Shown one piece after another: positions 18,961 to 27,572 of a stretch of DNA of 41,891 bases (the first letter of the stretch is position 1; each line of letters begins with the position of its first letter). A program made the translations under genes and the position numbers. Under the pieces are notes generated by a model. That model made no database searches. It was not told the origin of the DNA and saw nothing but the letters and a program-made list of their open reading frames with translations. Origin of the DNA: Terracidiphilus sp. (GTDB taxonomy: Bacteria; Acidobacteriota; Terriglobia; Terriglobales; Acidobacteriaceae); NCBI GenBank assembly GCA_050018295.1, contig JBEKAJ010000001.1:1-41891 (forward strand), written 5' to 3'.

Positions 18961-18976
18961 GCGTCAATTGAAGAGA

Positions 18977-20566
18977 ATGCCTCTCGCGGTCTCCAGCACG
19001 ATTGATTCACGGCCCGTGCCGGCGGTGGCGCTTCCACGTCTGCGCGTGGGCAAGCTGTGTATCGCCGTCCAAGGAGCCACGGTCGCCGAGCTCATCTCCC
19101 GCACCGAGGTAGCTCTTAAAGACTCTGTTTTCATTGAGTTCCGTCTTGATACCCTGCCTAAGCCCGCCGCCGCTATGCCCGAGATCAAGGCCTTGCTGGC
19201 CCGTCGGCGCGACATCACATCCATCGCCACCTGCCGGCGCAAGCCCTATGGCGGCAAGTTCGCGGGGTCCCTCAACTCCGAGCTCGAAATCCTCCTTAAG
19301 GCCGCCGAAACCGGCTGCCATATTGTCGATTTAGAGGTCGAGTCGGCCGAACAGTGCACCCGGCCTCAACTGGCCAAGTTCCGCGCCGCCCTTCGCGCCA
19401 CCGGCACCTCGCTCCTGATCAGTTCGCACGACTTCACCCGCACGCGCCGCCCCGAGGGGCTGAATCAAACGGCCCAGCGCATCGCCGCCTACGAGCCCGA
19501 CTTCGTCAAAGTCGTCACCACCGCTCGCAATCTTGCCGACAATCTCTCCGTCTTGCAGATGATCGAGGATCAGTCCCTCAATGCTCACGTCATTGGCATC
19601 GCCATGGGCGAGGAGGGCCTCATCAGCCGGATCTTGAGTCCGCGCGCCGGGGCTGCCTTCACCTTCGCCTCCTCTTCCGATGGCGCCGAGACTGCCGCGG
19701 GCCAGGTTCCCGCGCGCACGCTGCTCGATCTCTATCGCCTCGAGCAGCTCGACCAAGCCACCCGCATCTTCGCGGTCGCCGGCAATCCCATCGCCCACTC
19801 GCTCTCGCCGCTCATGCACTCCACGGCCTTCCGCCGCGAAAACGTCAATGCCGTCATGCTGCCGCTCAAGGTGCGCTCTCTCGACGACTTGCTCACCGTC
19901 GTCCGCGACCTGCCTCTCGACGGTGTCGCTGTCACCATGCCGCTCAAGCAGGAGGTTCTGCCGCACCTCGCCAACATGGACCCGCTCACTAGCCGCATCG
20001 GCGCATGCAACACCCTGCGCACCGGCGCTGACGGCAAACTCTACGGCTTCAACACCGATGTTGCCGGCGTGGTTCGTCCGCTCGAACGACGCATGCGTCT
20101 CCAGGGAGCGCGCATTCTTGTCCTCGGCGCCGGTGGCTCAGCACGGGCCGCGGTCTTCGGCCTCGTTGAACAAGGGGCTGAAGTCTTCATCGTCAACCGC
20201 ACCCACGAGAAGGCCGTCGCCCTGGCCCGCAAGGCCAAAGCGCACGTCCTTGGCCAGAGCATGCTCGCCAAACAGCGCTTTGACGCGATCATCAACACCA
20301 CGCCCTGCGGCATGACCGGCATCAAGCAGCAGTTGCCCGTCAAAGAAAGCGAGCTCAACGCCTCGCTCATCTTCGACCTGGTCTACACGCCGCTCGAAAC
20401 GCCGCTCCTCAAGCTGGCCAAAGCGCGCGGCCTCGCTGTCGTTTCCGGTCTTGAAATGTTCGTCCAGCAGGGAGCCCGCCAGTTCGAAATCTGGACCGGC
20501 AAGCCCGCTCCCGAAGCCGAAATGCTCCGCGTCATCGACTTCGAACTCCGCCGCCGTCCGCAATAA
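18977..20566 (+). CDS. aroE: Bifunctional type I 3-dehydroquinate dehydratase / shikimate dehydrogenase (AroD-AroE fusion)
   Basis: N-terminal IEFRLD, ATCR, VDLE, ISSHDF, VKVV, IAMGEEG..SR (AroD); C-terminal GNPIAHSLSP.MH, VTMPLK, GACNT, NTD, GAGGSA, GLEMFVQQG (AroE). ATG 18959 overlaps the -10 element, so 18977 is preferred. Confidence 0.93.
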   Translation: MPLAVSSTIDSRPVPAVALPRLRVGKLCIAVQGATVAELISRTEVALKDSVFIEFRLDTLPKPAAAMPEIKALLARRRDITSIATCRRKPYGGKFAGSLNSELEILLKAAETGCHIVDLEVESAEQCTRPQLAKFRAALRATGTSLLISSHDFTRTRRPEGLNQTAQRIAAYEPDFVKVVTTARNLADNLSVLQMIEDQSLNAHVIGIAMGEEGLISRILSPRAGAAFTFASSSDGAETAAGQVPARTLLDLYRLEQLDQATRIFAVAGNPIAHSLSPLMHSTAFRRENVNAVMLPLKVRSLDDLLTVVRDLPLDGVAVTMPLKQEVLPHLANMDPLTSRIGACNTLRTGADGKLYGFNTDVAGVVRPLERRMRLQGARILVLGAGGSARAAVFGLVEQGAEVFIVNRTHEKAVALARKAKAHVLGQSMLAKQRFDAIINTTPCGMTGIKQQLPVKESELNASLIFDLVYTPLETPLLKLAKARGLAVVSGLEMFVQQGARQFEIWTGKPAPEAEMLRVIDFELRRRPQ

Positions 20567-20732
20567 TCCACCGCCAACACACGGCTCCCGCGCAGCAGGC
20601 GCGCCCGCGGCTTGCCCGCCCCATCCGCCTTTTCCGCCTGGAAATGCGGCCCCGGAAATGCGGCATTGACGCGCAGATTCTCCAACAGGGGTACAATTCA
20701 AGCGACTCAGCTCAAACAAACGGAGATGCGCG

Positions 20733-22769
20733 ATGTCAGAAGGTTCCTTCATGATTCTGTCTCTTCTTTTCGTGTTGGTCGTGTTCTTCGTGCTTGCCAC
20801 TGCCCTCGCGTCGATCTATAGCATCGGCCCCACCCAAATCGGACTCGTACGGAAGAGGATCGGGAAGAAGTTGCCCGGCGACAACCCCGTGGCCTTTCTG
20901 GGTGAAGCTGGTTACCAGGCCGACCTCCTCATGCCTGGCCTGCGCTTCAAATTCAAGCCTTTCTTTACGGTCACAAAACACCCCTGGGTGCAGGTGCCCG
21001 CCGGGCAGATTGGCGTAGTCATCGCGCAGGTTGGCAAGCCCACGCCCATCGGCGCTAAGTCAGCCAGGTACGATCCGGCTTTCGGCAACTTCACTGATTT
21101 TCGAACCTTCGTTTTGAAGAACGGAGAGAAAGGCGTTCAAAGACCCGTTCTTTCACCCGGCACTCTGGCGCCAATTCACCCGGTAGCTTTCCTGGTCATC
21201 ACCAAGCCGCAGGTCTTCGGCCTACCGGTGTCCGATGAGTACAGCAGACTCGCCCGCGGCGGCAAGCTGGACTTCCGCGCCTTCGGCCTCGAAGACTGGC
21301 AGCTCGATGTCACGCGTATAGCCCCCAAGCCGACCAGCGAAAGCGGCAAAGTCGTTGACATGATCGGAGTCGTCACCGCATTGGACGGCGAGCCCCTGCC
21401 CGCCGGCGCCATTGCAAGCCGCCTCGGCGAATTCAAAGATGTCAGCGAGTTTGAAGGCAAAGGCGGCGTCACCGATTTTGAGCTGATGGGCCTGATCCTT
21501 GGCAGCAAGAACGATCAGCACAACAACTATCAGGACTTTCAGAAGTTCCTTCAGGCTGGCGGAAAGATCGGTCTCCAGCACGATCCGCTGCTCTATGGCG
21601 CATACAACCTCAATCCGTTCCTCGTCCGCGTTGAGCAGGTTCCGATGCTGGTTGTGGAACAGGGTCAGGTCGCCGTTATCAAGGCTTACGTCGGATTGCC
21701 CACGCAGGACACTTCCGGCGCAGACTTCAAGTTCGGCAGCCTCGTGCGCCCCGGTCATCAGGGCATCTGGCAGGAAGCGCTCAGGACCGGCAAGTACCCC
21801 ATCAATCCCCGCATCTACGACGCCAAGCTCGTTCTAACCTCGATCCTCAAGCTCGATTGGGCCAAGGACGTCACCGGAGCTCACGGCCTCGACGCGCGCC
21901 TTGAGCCCATCATTGCCAAAAGCAATGAGGGCTTCGTGTTCAGCATCGACCTCCAGGTTCTCATTCACGTTCCCGATACCAAAGCGCCTCGCGTCATCTC
22001 CATGGTTGGTTCCATGGAAAATCTCGTCAACGAGGTTCTCCAGGCTGCCGTCGGCAACCTCTTTCGCGACAAGATCGGCGGCATGGAAGCCATTACCTTC
22101 ATCCAGACGCGCCAGAACGTCCAGGAACAGGCCTTCAACTACATCCAGAGCAAGCTCGCCGAGTATGAAATCGAGACGCGGGGAGTTTATATCCAGGACG
22201 TCGTCTACCCCGAACAGTTGGTTACCGTTCTCACCCAGCGCGAAGTCGCGCATCAGGAAGTGGAAACCTTCAAAATGCAGCGCCAGGCCCAGGACCAGCG
22301 CATTGAGACGGAGAAGGCTCGCGGCACTGCCGACATGCAGGTCGATCTTGCCAAGTCAAAGGTCGGAGTCGACATTCAAACCAACCGCACCGAGGCCAGG
22401 ATGAAGGAAGCCCAGGGCGAAGCCGCGTTCATTGAGCAGACCGGTACTGCCCGCGGAGCCGAAGTTCGCGCAGTCGGCTTGGCCAACGCCGAGGCTTATG
22501 AGCGGCAGGTCGGAGCGCTGGGCAAGGGGCCCACCGCTCTCGTCAATGCCATCAAGGCGCTCTCGGTCGGCAATGTCGCGTTCGTGCCCAAGATCCTTGT
22601 CGTCGGCGGCGCCGGGAATCAAGGAGTTCTTGAGAGCCTGGGATCGCTTCTGATGGACAAACTCGACTCGAGCACTGCGGACTCCGGAGGCTCCGCGGAC
22701 TCCGGATACGCCAGCTCCGCAACCGTCAAGCCCGCGCCAGCGAGCCGCGCCAAAAACGTTGCTCCCTGA
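20733..22769 (+). CDS. Long flotillin/YqiK-like SPFH protein with tandem N-terminal repeats
   Basis: N-terminal TM; about four repeats of G[QM][IV][GA][LV]V...G..G.Q...L..G....[HN]P; band-7 core; A/E/Q-rich coiled coil. Confidence 0.85.
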   Translation: MSEGSFMILSLLFVLVVFFVLATALASIYSIGPTQIGLVRKRIGKKLPGDNPVAFLGEAGYQADLLMPGLRFKFKPFFTVTKHPWVQVPAGQIGVVIAQVGKPTPIGAKSARYDPAFGNFTDFRTFVLKNGEKGVQRPVLSPGTLAPIHPVAFLVITKPQVFGLPVSDEYSRLARGGKLDFRAFGLEDWQLDVTRIAPKPTSESGKVVDMIGVVTALDGEPLPAGAIASRLGEFKDVSEFEGKGGVTDFELMGLILGSKNDQHNNYQDFQKFLQAGGKIGLQHDPLLYGAYNLNPFLVRVEQVPMLVVEQGQVAVIKAYVGLPTQDTSGADFKFGSLVRPGHQGIWQEALRTGKYPINPRIYDAKLVLTSILKLDWAKDVTGAHGLDARLEPIIAKSNEGFVFSIDLQVLIHVPDTKAPRVISMVGSMENLVNEVLQAAVGNLFRDKIGGMEAITFIQTRQNVQEQAFNYIQSKLAEYEIETRGVYIQDVVYPEQLVTVLTQREVAHQEVETFKMQRQAQDQRIETEKARGTADMQVDLAKSKVGVDIQTNRTEARMKEAQGEAAFIEQTGTARGAEVRAVGLANAEAYERQVGALGKGPTALVNAIKALSVGNVAFVPKILVVGGAGNQGVLESLGSLLMDKLDSSTADSGGSADSGYASSATVKPAPASRAKNVAP

Positions 22770-22792
22770 TCGGCGCGCCTTGATCGCCCAAA

Positions 22793-22934
22793 CTTGACAT
22801 GTTCGTCCAGCAGGGCGCGCCGGGTGCCGGGTGCCCCATCCTAACTTTGTTAGGGTGGGGTAGCTAAGCCCGCCCCCGAAGCCGAAATGCTCCGCGTCGT
22901 CGAATTCGAGCTTCGCCGCCGCCCGCAGTGATAA
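22793..22934 (+). repeat. Diverged duplicate of the aroE 3' end (about 20450-20566), interrupted by a REP
   Basis: cttgacatgttcgtccagcagggcgcgc...aagcccgcccccgaagccgaaatgctccgcgtcgtcgaattcgagcttcgccgccgcccgcagtga reads LDMFVQQGAR//KPAPEAEMLRVVEFELRRRPQ*, versus aroE LEMFVQQGARQFEIWTGKPAPEAEMLRVIDFELRRRPQ*. Confidence 0.9.
22827..22860 (+). repeat. REP-like palindrome
   Basis: CCGGGTGC-CCCATCCTAAC-TTT-GTTAGGGTGGG hairpin, sitting where aroE has CAGTTCGAAATCTGGACCGGC. Confidence 0.7.
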
Positions 22935-23063
22935 GCCGCTGCTGGCCACCGCCGCTCCGTCAAAATCACTTGTCCAGCTAAGCGCGGATGGCTTTATCCT
23001 CTAATCCGCGTGCGTCGCGCGAACCCGGTCGCCTCCCGCCGGTTGGCTCATGGAGTTTTCAGC

Positions 23064-25403
23064 TCAATCCACTCTGGTGAAAGACTTAACAACTCCCAGA
23101 AGATTTGAGTAATCGTCCGTCCATAATCGGGAATCGGGTCGCCCAAGCAGAGGTTGCCAGCGGAATGACCGGCTCGTATCGGCGGTTAGCGAATTCAGGT
23201 CAGCCGGGGCTCGAGCCATTACCACCCAGATCGACGGCAACTTCCCGGCATCGCGTTGCGCCTGTGTCACACCTGTGTCGTTCGCGATGAGAGCAGCCAT
23301 GTGTGCGTCCCCCGCCAGATTGGCCACAGTGGGCGCGAGATCGAAATAGAGATTGGAAATGTGAAATGCAATGATGCCGCCGGGAGCGAGCTTGCGGCGG
23401 TAAAGCGTCAATGCTTCCCTTGTCATCAAGTGCATGGGAATGGAGTCTCCACTGAAAGCGTCAAGAGCAATCAGTCCAAAACGGCCGTCGGGCGCCTCGC
23501 GGAGCTTCAACCTTGCGTCACCCAGCACAATTCTTGTCGTCGGCGCGCACCGCCCAAGATAGGTAAAGTAGCGCGGATCCTCGGCGATGTGCGCAACCAG
23601 TGGATCGATCTCGTAGTACGTCAGCGTCTGCCCCGCTTGCAGGTACGACGCCATCGCTCCGGCGCCCAATCCGACGATGGCCCAGTCTCCGTGCGGCATC
23701 TTGGCCTGCGCCGCTTCAAAGATCGCGCCCGCGGGCCCGCTGCGCGAGAAATAGGAAAGCGGCTCGCAGCTCGCATTCGGGTTCAGGCTTTGAGTTCCAT
23801 GGACAATTCCCCCATGAAAAAGCAATCGGAACTTTTTGTCAGGGCTATTCCTCACGCGGTAGACGCCAAAAAAACTCCGCCTCGCGATCAGCGTCTGGCC
23901 AAATGGAGCGTAAAGCCAACTCGCCGCCAACAATGCGACCAGCCCCAGTGTGAATCGCAATCTTCGTTTGCCAAAACTCAGGCACCACAACATCGAGTAG
24001 CCAAAAACCAGTGTGGTCTCCACGTGTCCGGGCCTGATGCCGGTGCGAGCGAGGCCCAGAATCACAGCCACCATGCAGATTCCGAGCGCGAGCGGCAGAA
24101 GAAAGTCTTTGCGCATGGCCCATACACCGGAGCCCCTGACGGAACCCTTCGACGAATCCTGCCCGTTCACGGGGCGAATCAGCGCGGCGAAAATGAGCAC
24201 CAGCGGCAGTTCCATCACCGTGTGAAACACCACAGGGGCGATGAGCGAGTTGAATATGCCGCCCAACACGCCGCCAACTGCGATACAAAGATAGAACTCG
24301 GTCAGGTGACCCACCGCCGGCCGGCTTCTCGCCAGCTCCCCGTGAAAGACCAATGCCAGGCCAAACAGGACCGTCAGGTATAGCACCAGAAGCACGGCCA
24401 GGGAGAACCTGGTTTGCGAGACCGTCGGAAAGAGTGCGCCCAGGATGAGAAATGGAAACCGCTCAACCACGAACCGATGCGGAATCGGCGGTTTCTTGGC
24501 GAAAACAAGAACAAAGCTAATCAGGTAGACCGCCAGCGGCAGAACCCAGAACAGAGGAATGGCTGGTACATCGGCGGTGATCGCGCTCGTCGCGCCCAGC
24601 ATCAAACTCGACGGGACGAAGGCCTGCGCAATCCAGCGCCATCGCATCTTCCACGCAATTGGCTCGGCAACGCCGGTAGCGTTTGCTTCATCTGCGCCGC
24701 GCCTGTCGCTCCTCAAATCGACATACCGAATTCGCCATCTCCATGCCAAAAAGCCACACGCCGCCGTGAACAAAGCAAACACGGCGTAGGCAACGCTCCA
24801 CAGCCGGCTCTGGGTGTGCAAACGCAGCAGCGGCTCCAGGATCAATGGGTACGCAAGCAGCCCAACCAGGCTGCCGGCGTTGCTGGCTGCGTACAGGAAA
24901 TATGGGTCACCGGCATCCTTCAGGCCCGAGTCCGCAAACCATCTCTGCATGATCGAGGTTGTTGCGGCGAGTGCGAAGAATGGCAGGCCAACCACGATGA
25001 GCAACAACAGAAGAACCCAACCTGCCGGGTTGCTCTCGGTCGGAGGCTCCCATCCTGCCGGAAGATGCAGAGGCAGCAAACCGGCAATCAGCAGAGGCAA
25101 GGACACAAGCACAAGGTGGATTGCAATTTGAATCCTTCGTTCTAAGAACCTCAGTGCCGCATGAGCATAGAGGTACCCGGCCAGCAAAACCGCCTGGAAA
25201 AACACGAGACACGTATTCCAAACGGCCGGAGCGCCGCCCAGCAGCGGCATCATCATCTTGCCGATCATCGGCTCAACCACAAACAGCAGAGCCGCGCTCA
25301 GGAACATGGAAAAGGCGAAAAGGCCGAGGGGAAACGGCGCAGCGTTCACCGTCTCGAGTCTCGATCTTGCGACAGGAAGCGAGGGAGCGCCGGAAGGAGT
25401 CAT
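23064..25403 (-). CDS. Fused multi-pass membrane domain / spermidine-synthase-like SAM-dependent domain protein
   Basis: About 13 TM segments (FLSAALLF.VEP...LGG...VW..C..FFQ; PYFLYAASN.GS), then HGTQ, VGLGAG, YEIDP, GDARL, LDAFSGDSIP.HL.T.EA, WTDDYSN. Confidence 0.88.
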   Translation of the reverse strand: MTPSGAPSLPVARSRLETVNAAPFPLGLFAFSMFLSAALLFVVEPMIGKMMMPLLGGAPAVWNTCLVFFQAVLLAGYLYAHAALRFLERRIQIAIHLVLVSLPLLIAGLLPLHLPAGWEPPTESNPAGWVLLLLLIVVGLPFFALAATTSIMQRWFADSGLKDAGDPYFLYAASNAGSLVGLLAYPLILEPLLRLHTQSRLWSVAYAVFALFTAACGFLAWRWRIRYVDLRSDRRGADEANATGVAEPIAWKMRWRWIAQAFVPSSLMLGATSAITADVPAIPLFWVLPLAVYLISFVLVFAKKPPIPHRFVVERFPFLILGALFPTVSQTRFSLAVLLVLYLTVLFGLALVFHGELARSRPAVGHLTEFYLCIAVGGVLGGIFNSLIAPVVFHTVMELPLVLIFAALIRPVNGQDSSKGSVRGSGVWAMRKDFLLPLALGICMVAVILGLARTGIRPGHVETTLVFGYSMLWCLSFGKRRLRFTLGLVALLAASWLYAPFGQTLIARRSFFGVYRVRNSPDKKFRLLFHGGIVHGTQSLNPNASCEPLSYFSRSGPAGAIFEAAQAKMPHGDWAIVGLGAGAMASYLQAGQTLTYYEIDPLVAHIAEDPRYFTYLGRCAPTTRIVLGDARLKLREAPDGRFGLIALDAFSGDSIPMHLMTREALTLYRRKLAPGGIIAFHISNLYFDLAPTVANLAGDAHMAALIANDTGVTQAQRDAGKLPSIWVVMARAPADLNSLTADTSRSFRWQPLLGRPDSRLWTDDYSNLLGVVKSFTRVD

Positions 25404-25514
25404 CGGTTCACCGGATTATATCCCGCTGTTGGCAACGGTCTTGTTGAGCCGGGATTACATCAGTCATGTCGAGAATGCCCGGAAAAGTGGCGCAGGAGTT
25501 TGACCCGTGAGCGA

Positions 25515-25589
25515 CAAGCGCCGCCCCGGGACCTCGGCAACAGGTCCTGTCCGCGCGTCGTCGAGCTTGAGTTCCGCCGCCACCCGCTG
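25515..25589 (+). repeat. Third, more decayed copy of the aroE 3' end
   Basis: cgcgtcgtcgagcttgagttccgccgccacccgc (25554-25587, RVVELEFRRHP) versus aroE RVIDFELRRRP; upstream aagcgccgccccg resembles aagcccgctcccg. Confidence 0.6.
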
Positions 25590-25597
25590 GAAGAGTT

Positions 25598-25653
25598 GGG
25601 TGTCCCATCCTAACCCTGTGTCGCGCGAGCGACCAGCGGTCAGGATGGGATAC
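25598..25653 (+). repeat. REP-like palindrome with inner hairpin
   Basis: GGGTG-TCCCATCCTAACC...GGTCAGGATGGGA; inner GTCGC-GCGA-GCGAC. Confidence 0.7.
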
Positions 25654-25748
25654 AGAATCTCTCAAAACCCAACAGCCCTTAGAGTTTCTTCATTTTTCTT
25701 GGTGCCCGTCGTCAATCTCCCGGGCACCCCGGAACTTTTCCCGTTGGA

Positions 25749-26120
25749 TTAGCTCTTTTTTGCGTAATTCACCATGCCCTGGAAATCGATGAAGACCACC
25801 GGCTCGTTGCCGGCCACCCAGCCGTCGTGGCCCGGCGGCAGGCTAAGCACATCTCCAGCCCTCGACGTGGTCTCTGTCCCGTCGTCCATGCGCGTGACCA
25901 TCGTTCCCGACACCTGATAGCCAAAGTGCGCGGCCTGGCAACTGTCCGTCTTCGCAATCGGCTTTACGCAGGTTGACCACTTCCATCCGGGCTCGAACGT
26001 GGCGCGCCCAATCATCGCTCCGCCAACGTTCACAAGCTCCACCTTGCCCTTGTCGAACTTCCTCACTTCCACTGGCGCATTGAAGCTCTTGCACTCCACT
26101 TTCCCTGACGTTCCTGGCAT
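25749..26120 (-). CDS. Cupin domain protein
   Basis: FEPGWKWS, CQAAH.GY..SG, GDV..LPPGHD.WV.G.EP. Confidence 0.85.
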   Translation of the reverse strand: MPGTSGKVECKSFNAPVEVRKFDKGKVELVNVGGAMIGRATFEPGWKWSTCVKPIAKTDSCQAAHFGYQVSGTMVTRMDDGTETTSRAGDVLSLPPGHDGWVAGNEPVVFIDFQGMVNYAKKS

Positions 26121-26233
26121 AACGTAACCTCCTGGGGTTTTTATTCAGATCTTGGGGGATTGGCCTGACAAAAACACGATACACCTGGCAGCTGGCCCCA
26201 GGTGCGGGGACTGCGAGTTCTCTCACTGAATGG

Positions 26234-26310
26234 GGGTGCCCCAAGCCGGGGTCCCCACGGATAGGTCCTCTTCCGTGGGGTGGAGATCCCTTGCATTTGG
26301 GGACCTGGGA
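26234..26310 (+). repeat. REP-like palindrome carrying a nested hairpin insert
   Basis: GGGTGCCCCA...TCCCTTGCATTTGGGGACCTGGGA, interrupted by GCCGGGGT-CCCCACGGA-TAGGTCCTCT-TCCGTGGGG-TGG. Confidence 0.65.
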
Positions 26311-26515
26311 CAGCACAGACCTGCGACAGCATGAACCCCGGTTGGCTTTTCCTCTCCTCGACATCGGGCGGCATCCGTAGGATTCTCCTCGGCCCCACTT
26401 TCCCAAATGTCAAGGCCCAGTCCAGGTACAATTCACTCTAACCCACTGAAAACACTCGCAAAAAATCGGTAATAATATATTTGACGCACAAGAGCGCTCG
26501 GCGAGACAATGCGAT

Positions 26516-27400
26516 ATGCACATTGCAAGGCAGATCACTGCCGGAGCGGGGGCGCTAATGGCTTGTGCCCTTATTACGCTGATCTCAATGATGCAGAGCC
26601 AATGGGTGAAAGATCATCCTACAGGTGCGCAGAGATTAGGGATTGCTTTGCTTATTGGGTCCGTTGCCTGCTTCATTTTCTGGATGGCCACACGCGAGAA
26701 ACAGCAAGGCACTGCGATAAAGAACAAGGGCAACTTCGTTAGCCGAGGCAATAGCGCGAGGATGATACAGGCGGGAGTGGTGAACTATCACGAAGCTCCC
26801 GTTTCCCCGATTGTGGTCCAGCCCTCCCGCCCAGAGCCTATACCCCGAATATCCTTCCTCGGACCTCGCAAGATATGGGTGAAGATGAACGGCCAGCGCT
26901 ATCAAGAAGGGGGACCTGGCTCAACGCTTGGAGCTGTCATTGAGATCGCAAATGAACTCGCGAGAGAAGGAGAGCCAGAATCACCTCCCGTCCGAGAAAT
27001 TGCGGCTCAACTCTTCTTTTGTGATGCCGGAGGGCATTCAGGTAGGGTTGATCGGGCATTTTGGCTAGATCGTTATGAGAACACTGTTGATCTCGACTCG
27101 GGAGAGAGTAAGGCGATAGTTCTAGGCTTTTTCAAAGACGACCTGTGGCTTTATTGCTGGAACACGCGGAGAGACCTTCCCGTGTACTATACGAGCACCG
27201 CCGCAAAGGTTCGATATCTCGCGGAACTAAGCCGCCGTCCCATTACTGACTGTAGAATCTTGCCTCTTACAATCCAAAGCTGCCTTATTGTGGAAATTAC
27301 GCTCTTTCGAGCCTCCAACGGGACTACCATCGCGACAAAGAGCTATGTGATACGCCGCATAAACGGAGCCGAGCAGTTTTCGATAGAGGAGAGTAAGTGA
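26516..27400 (+). CDS. IS passenger gene: two N-terminal TM helices plus soluble domain of unknown function
   Basis: 294-aa ORF inside the TIRs; two hydrophobic segments; TTGACG-N18-GACAAT promoter in the left end, 5 nt before the ATG. Confidence 0.7.
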   Translation: MHIARQITAGAGALMACALITLISMMQSQWVKDHPTGAQRLGIALLIGSVACFIFWMATREKQQGTAIKNKGNFVSRGNSARMIQAGVVNYHEAPVSPIVVQPSRPEPIPRISFLGPRKIWVKMNGQRYQEGGPGSTLGAVIEIANELAREGEPESPPVREIAAQLFFCDAGGHSGRVDRAFWLDRYENTVDLDSGESKAIVLGFFKDDLWLYCWNTRRDLPVYYTSTAAKVRYLAELSRRPITDCRILPLTIQSCLIVEITLFRASNGTTIATKSYVIRRINGAEQFSIEESK

Positions 27401-27537
27401 AGCCTGAATACCGCAAAGGAGCGGCCGCGCGAAAGAACTTTGAAACCACGATGACGAAGCTCTTTCGCGCTTCGAAATCACCGAAACCCAAAAAGCAGCC
27501 TAAGAAAAAGGCTGCTTCGGAAGAGAAGAAGCACTGA
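27397..27537 (+). CDS. Small basic protein (46 aa) inside the IS1595 element
   Basis: GTG overlaps the passenger stop (GTGA); GAGGAG RBS; MKPEYRKGAAARKNFETTMTKLFRASKSPKPKKQPKKKAASEEKKH; below the ORF-track cutoff. Confidence 0.6.
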   Translation: MKPEYRKGAAARKNFETTMTKLFRASKSPKPKKQPKKKAASEEKKH

Positions 27538-27572
27538 TGCGTTTACCGCGTCCCCATCTCGGAAGACGTGTG

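Noticed and set aside
18959-18976. ORF-track start for aroD-aroE at 18959
   Set aside because: This ATG overlaps the predicted -10 hexamer (TAATAT); ATG 18977 fits better
20666-20697. TTGACG...TACAAT as the flotillin gene promoter
   Set aside because: The spacer is 20 bp, too long for a canonical sigma-70 promoter; only the -10 element is plausible
22356-22949. 197-aa minus-strand ORF resembling part of the 20138-20800 ORF
   Set aside because: The similarity is just the antisense reading of the duplicated aroE tail, not a gene family
25701-25728. GGTGCCCG...CGGGCACC hairpin after the cupin gene as a terminator
   Set aside because: No U-tract on the cupin (minus) strand; function not supportable
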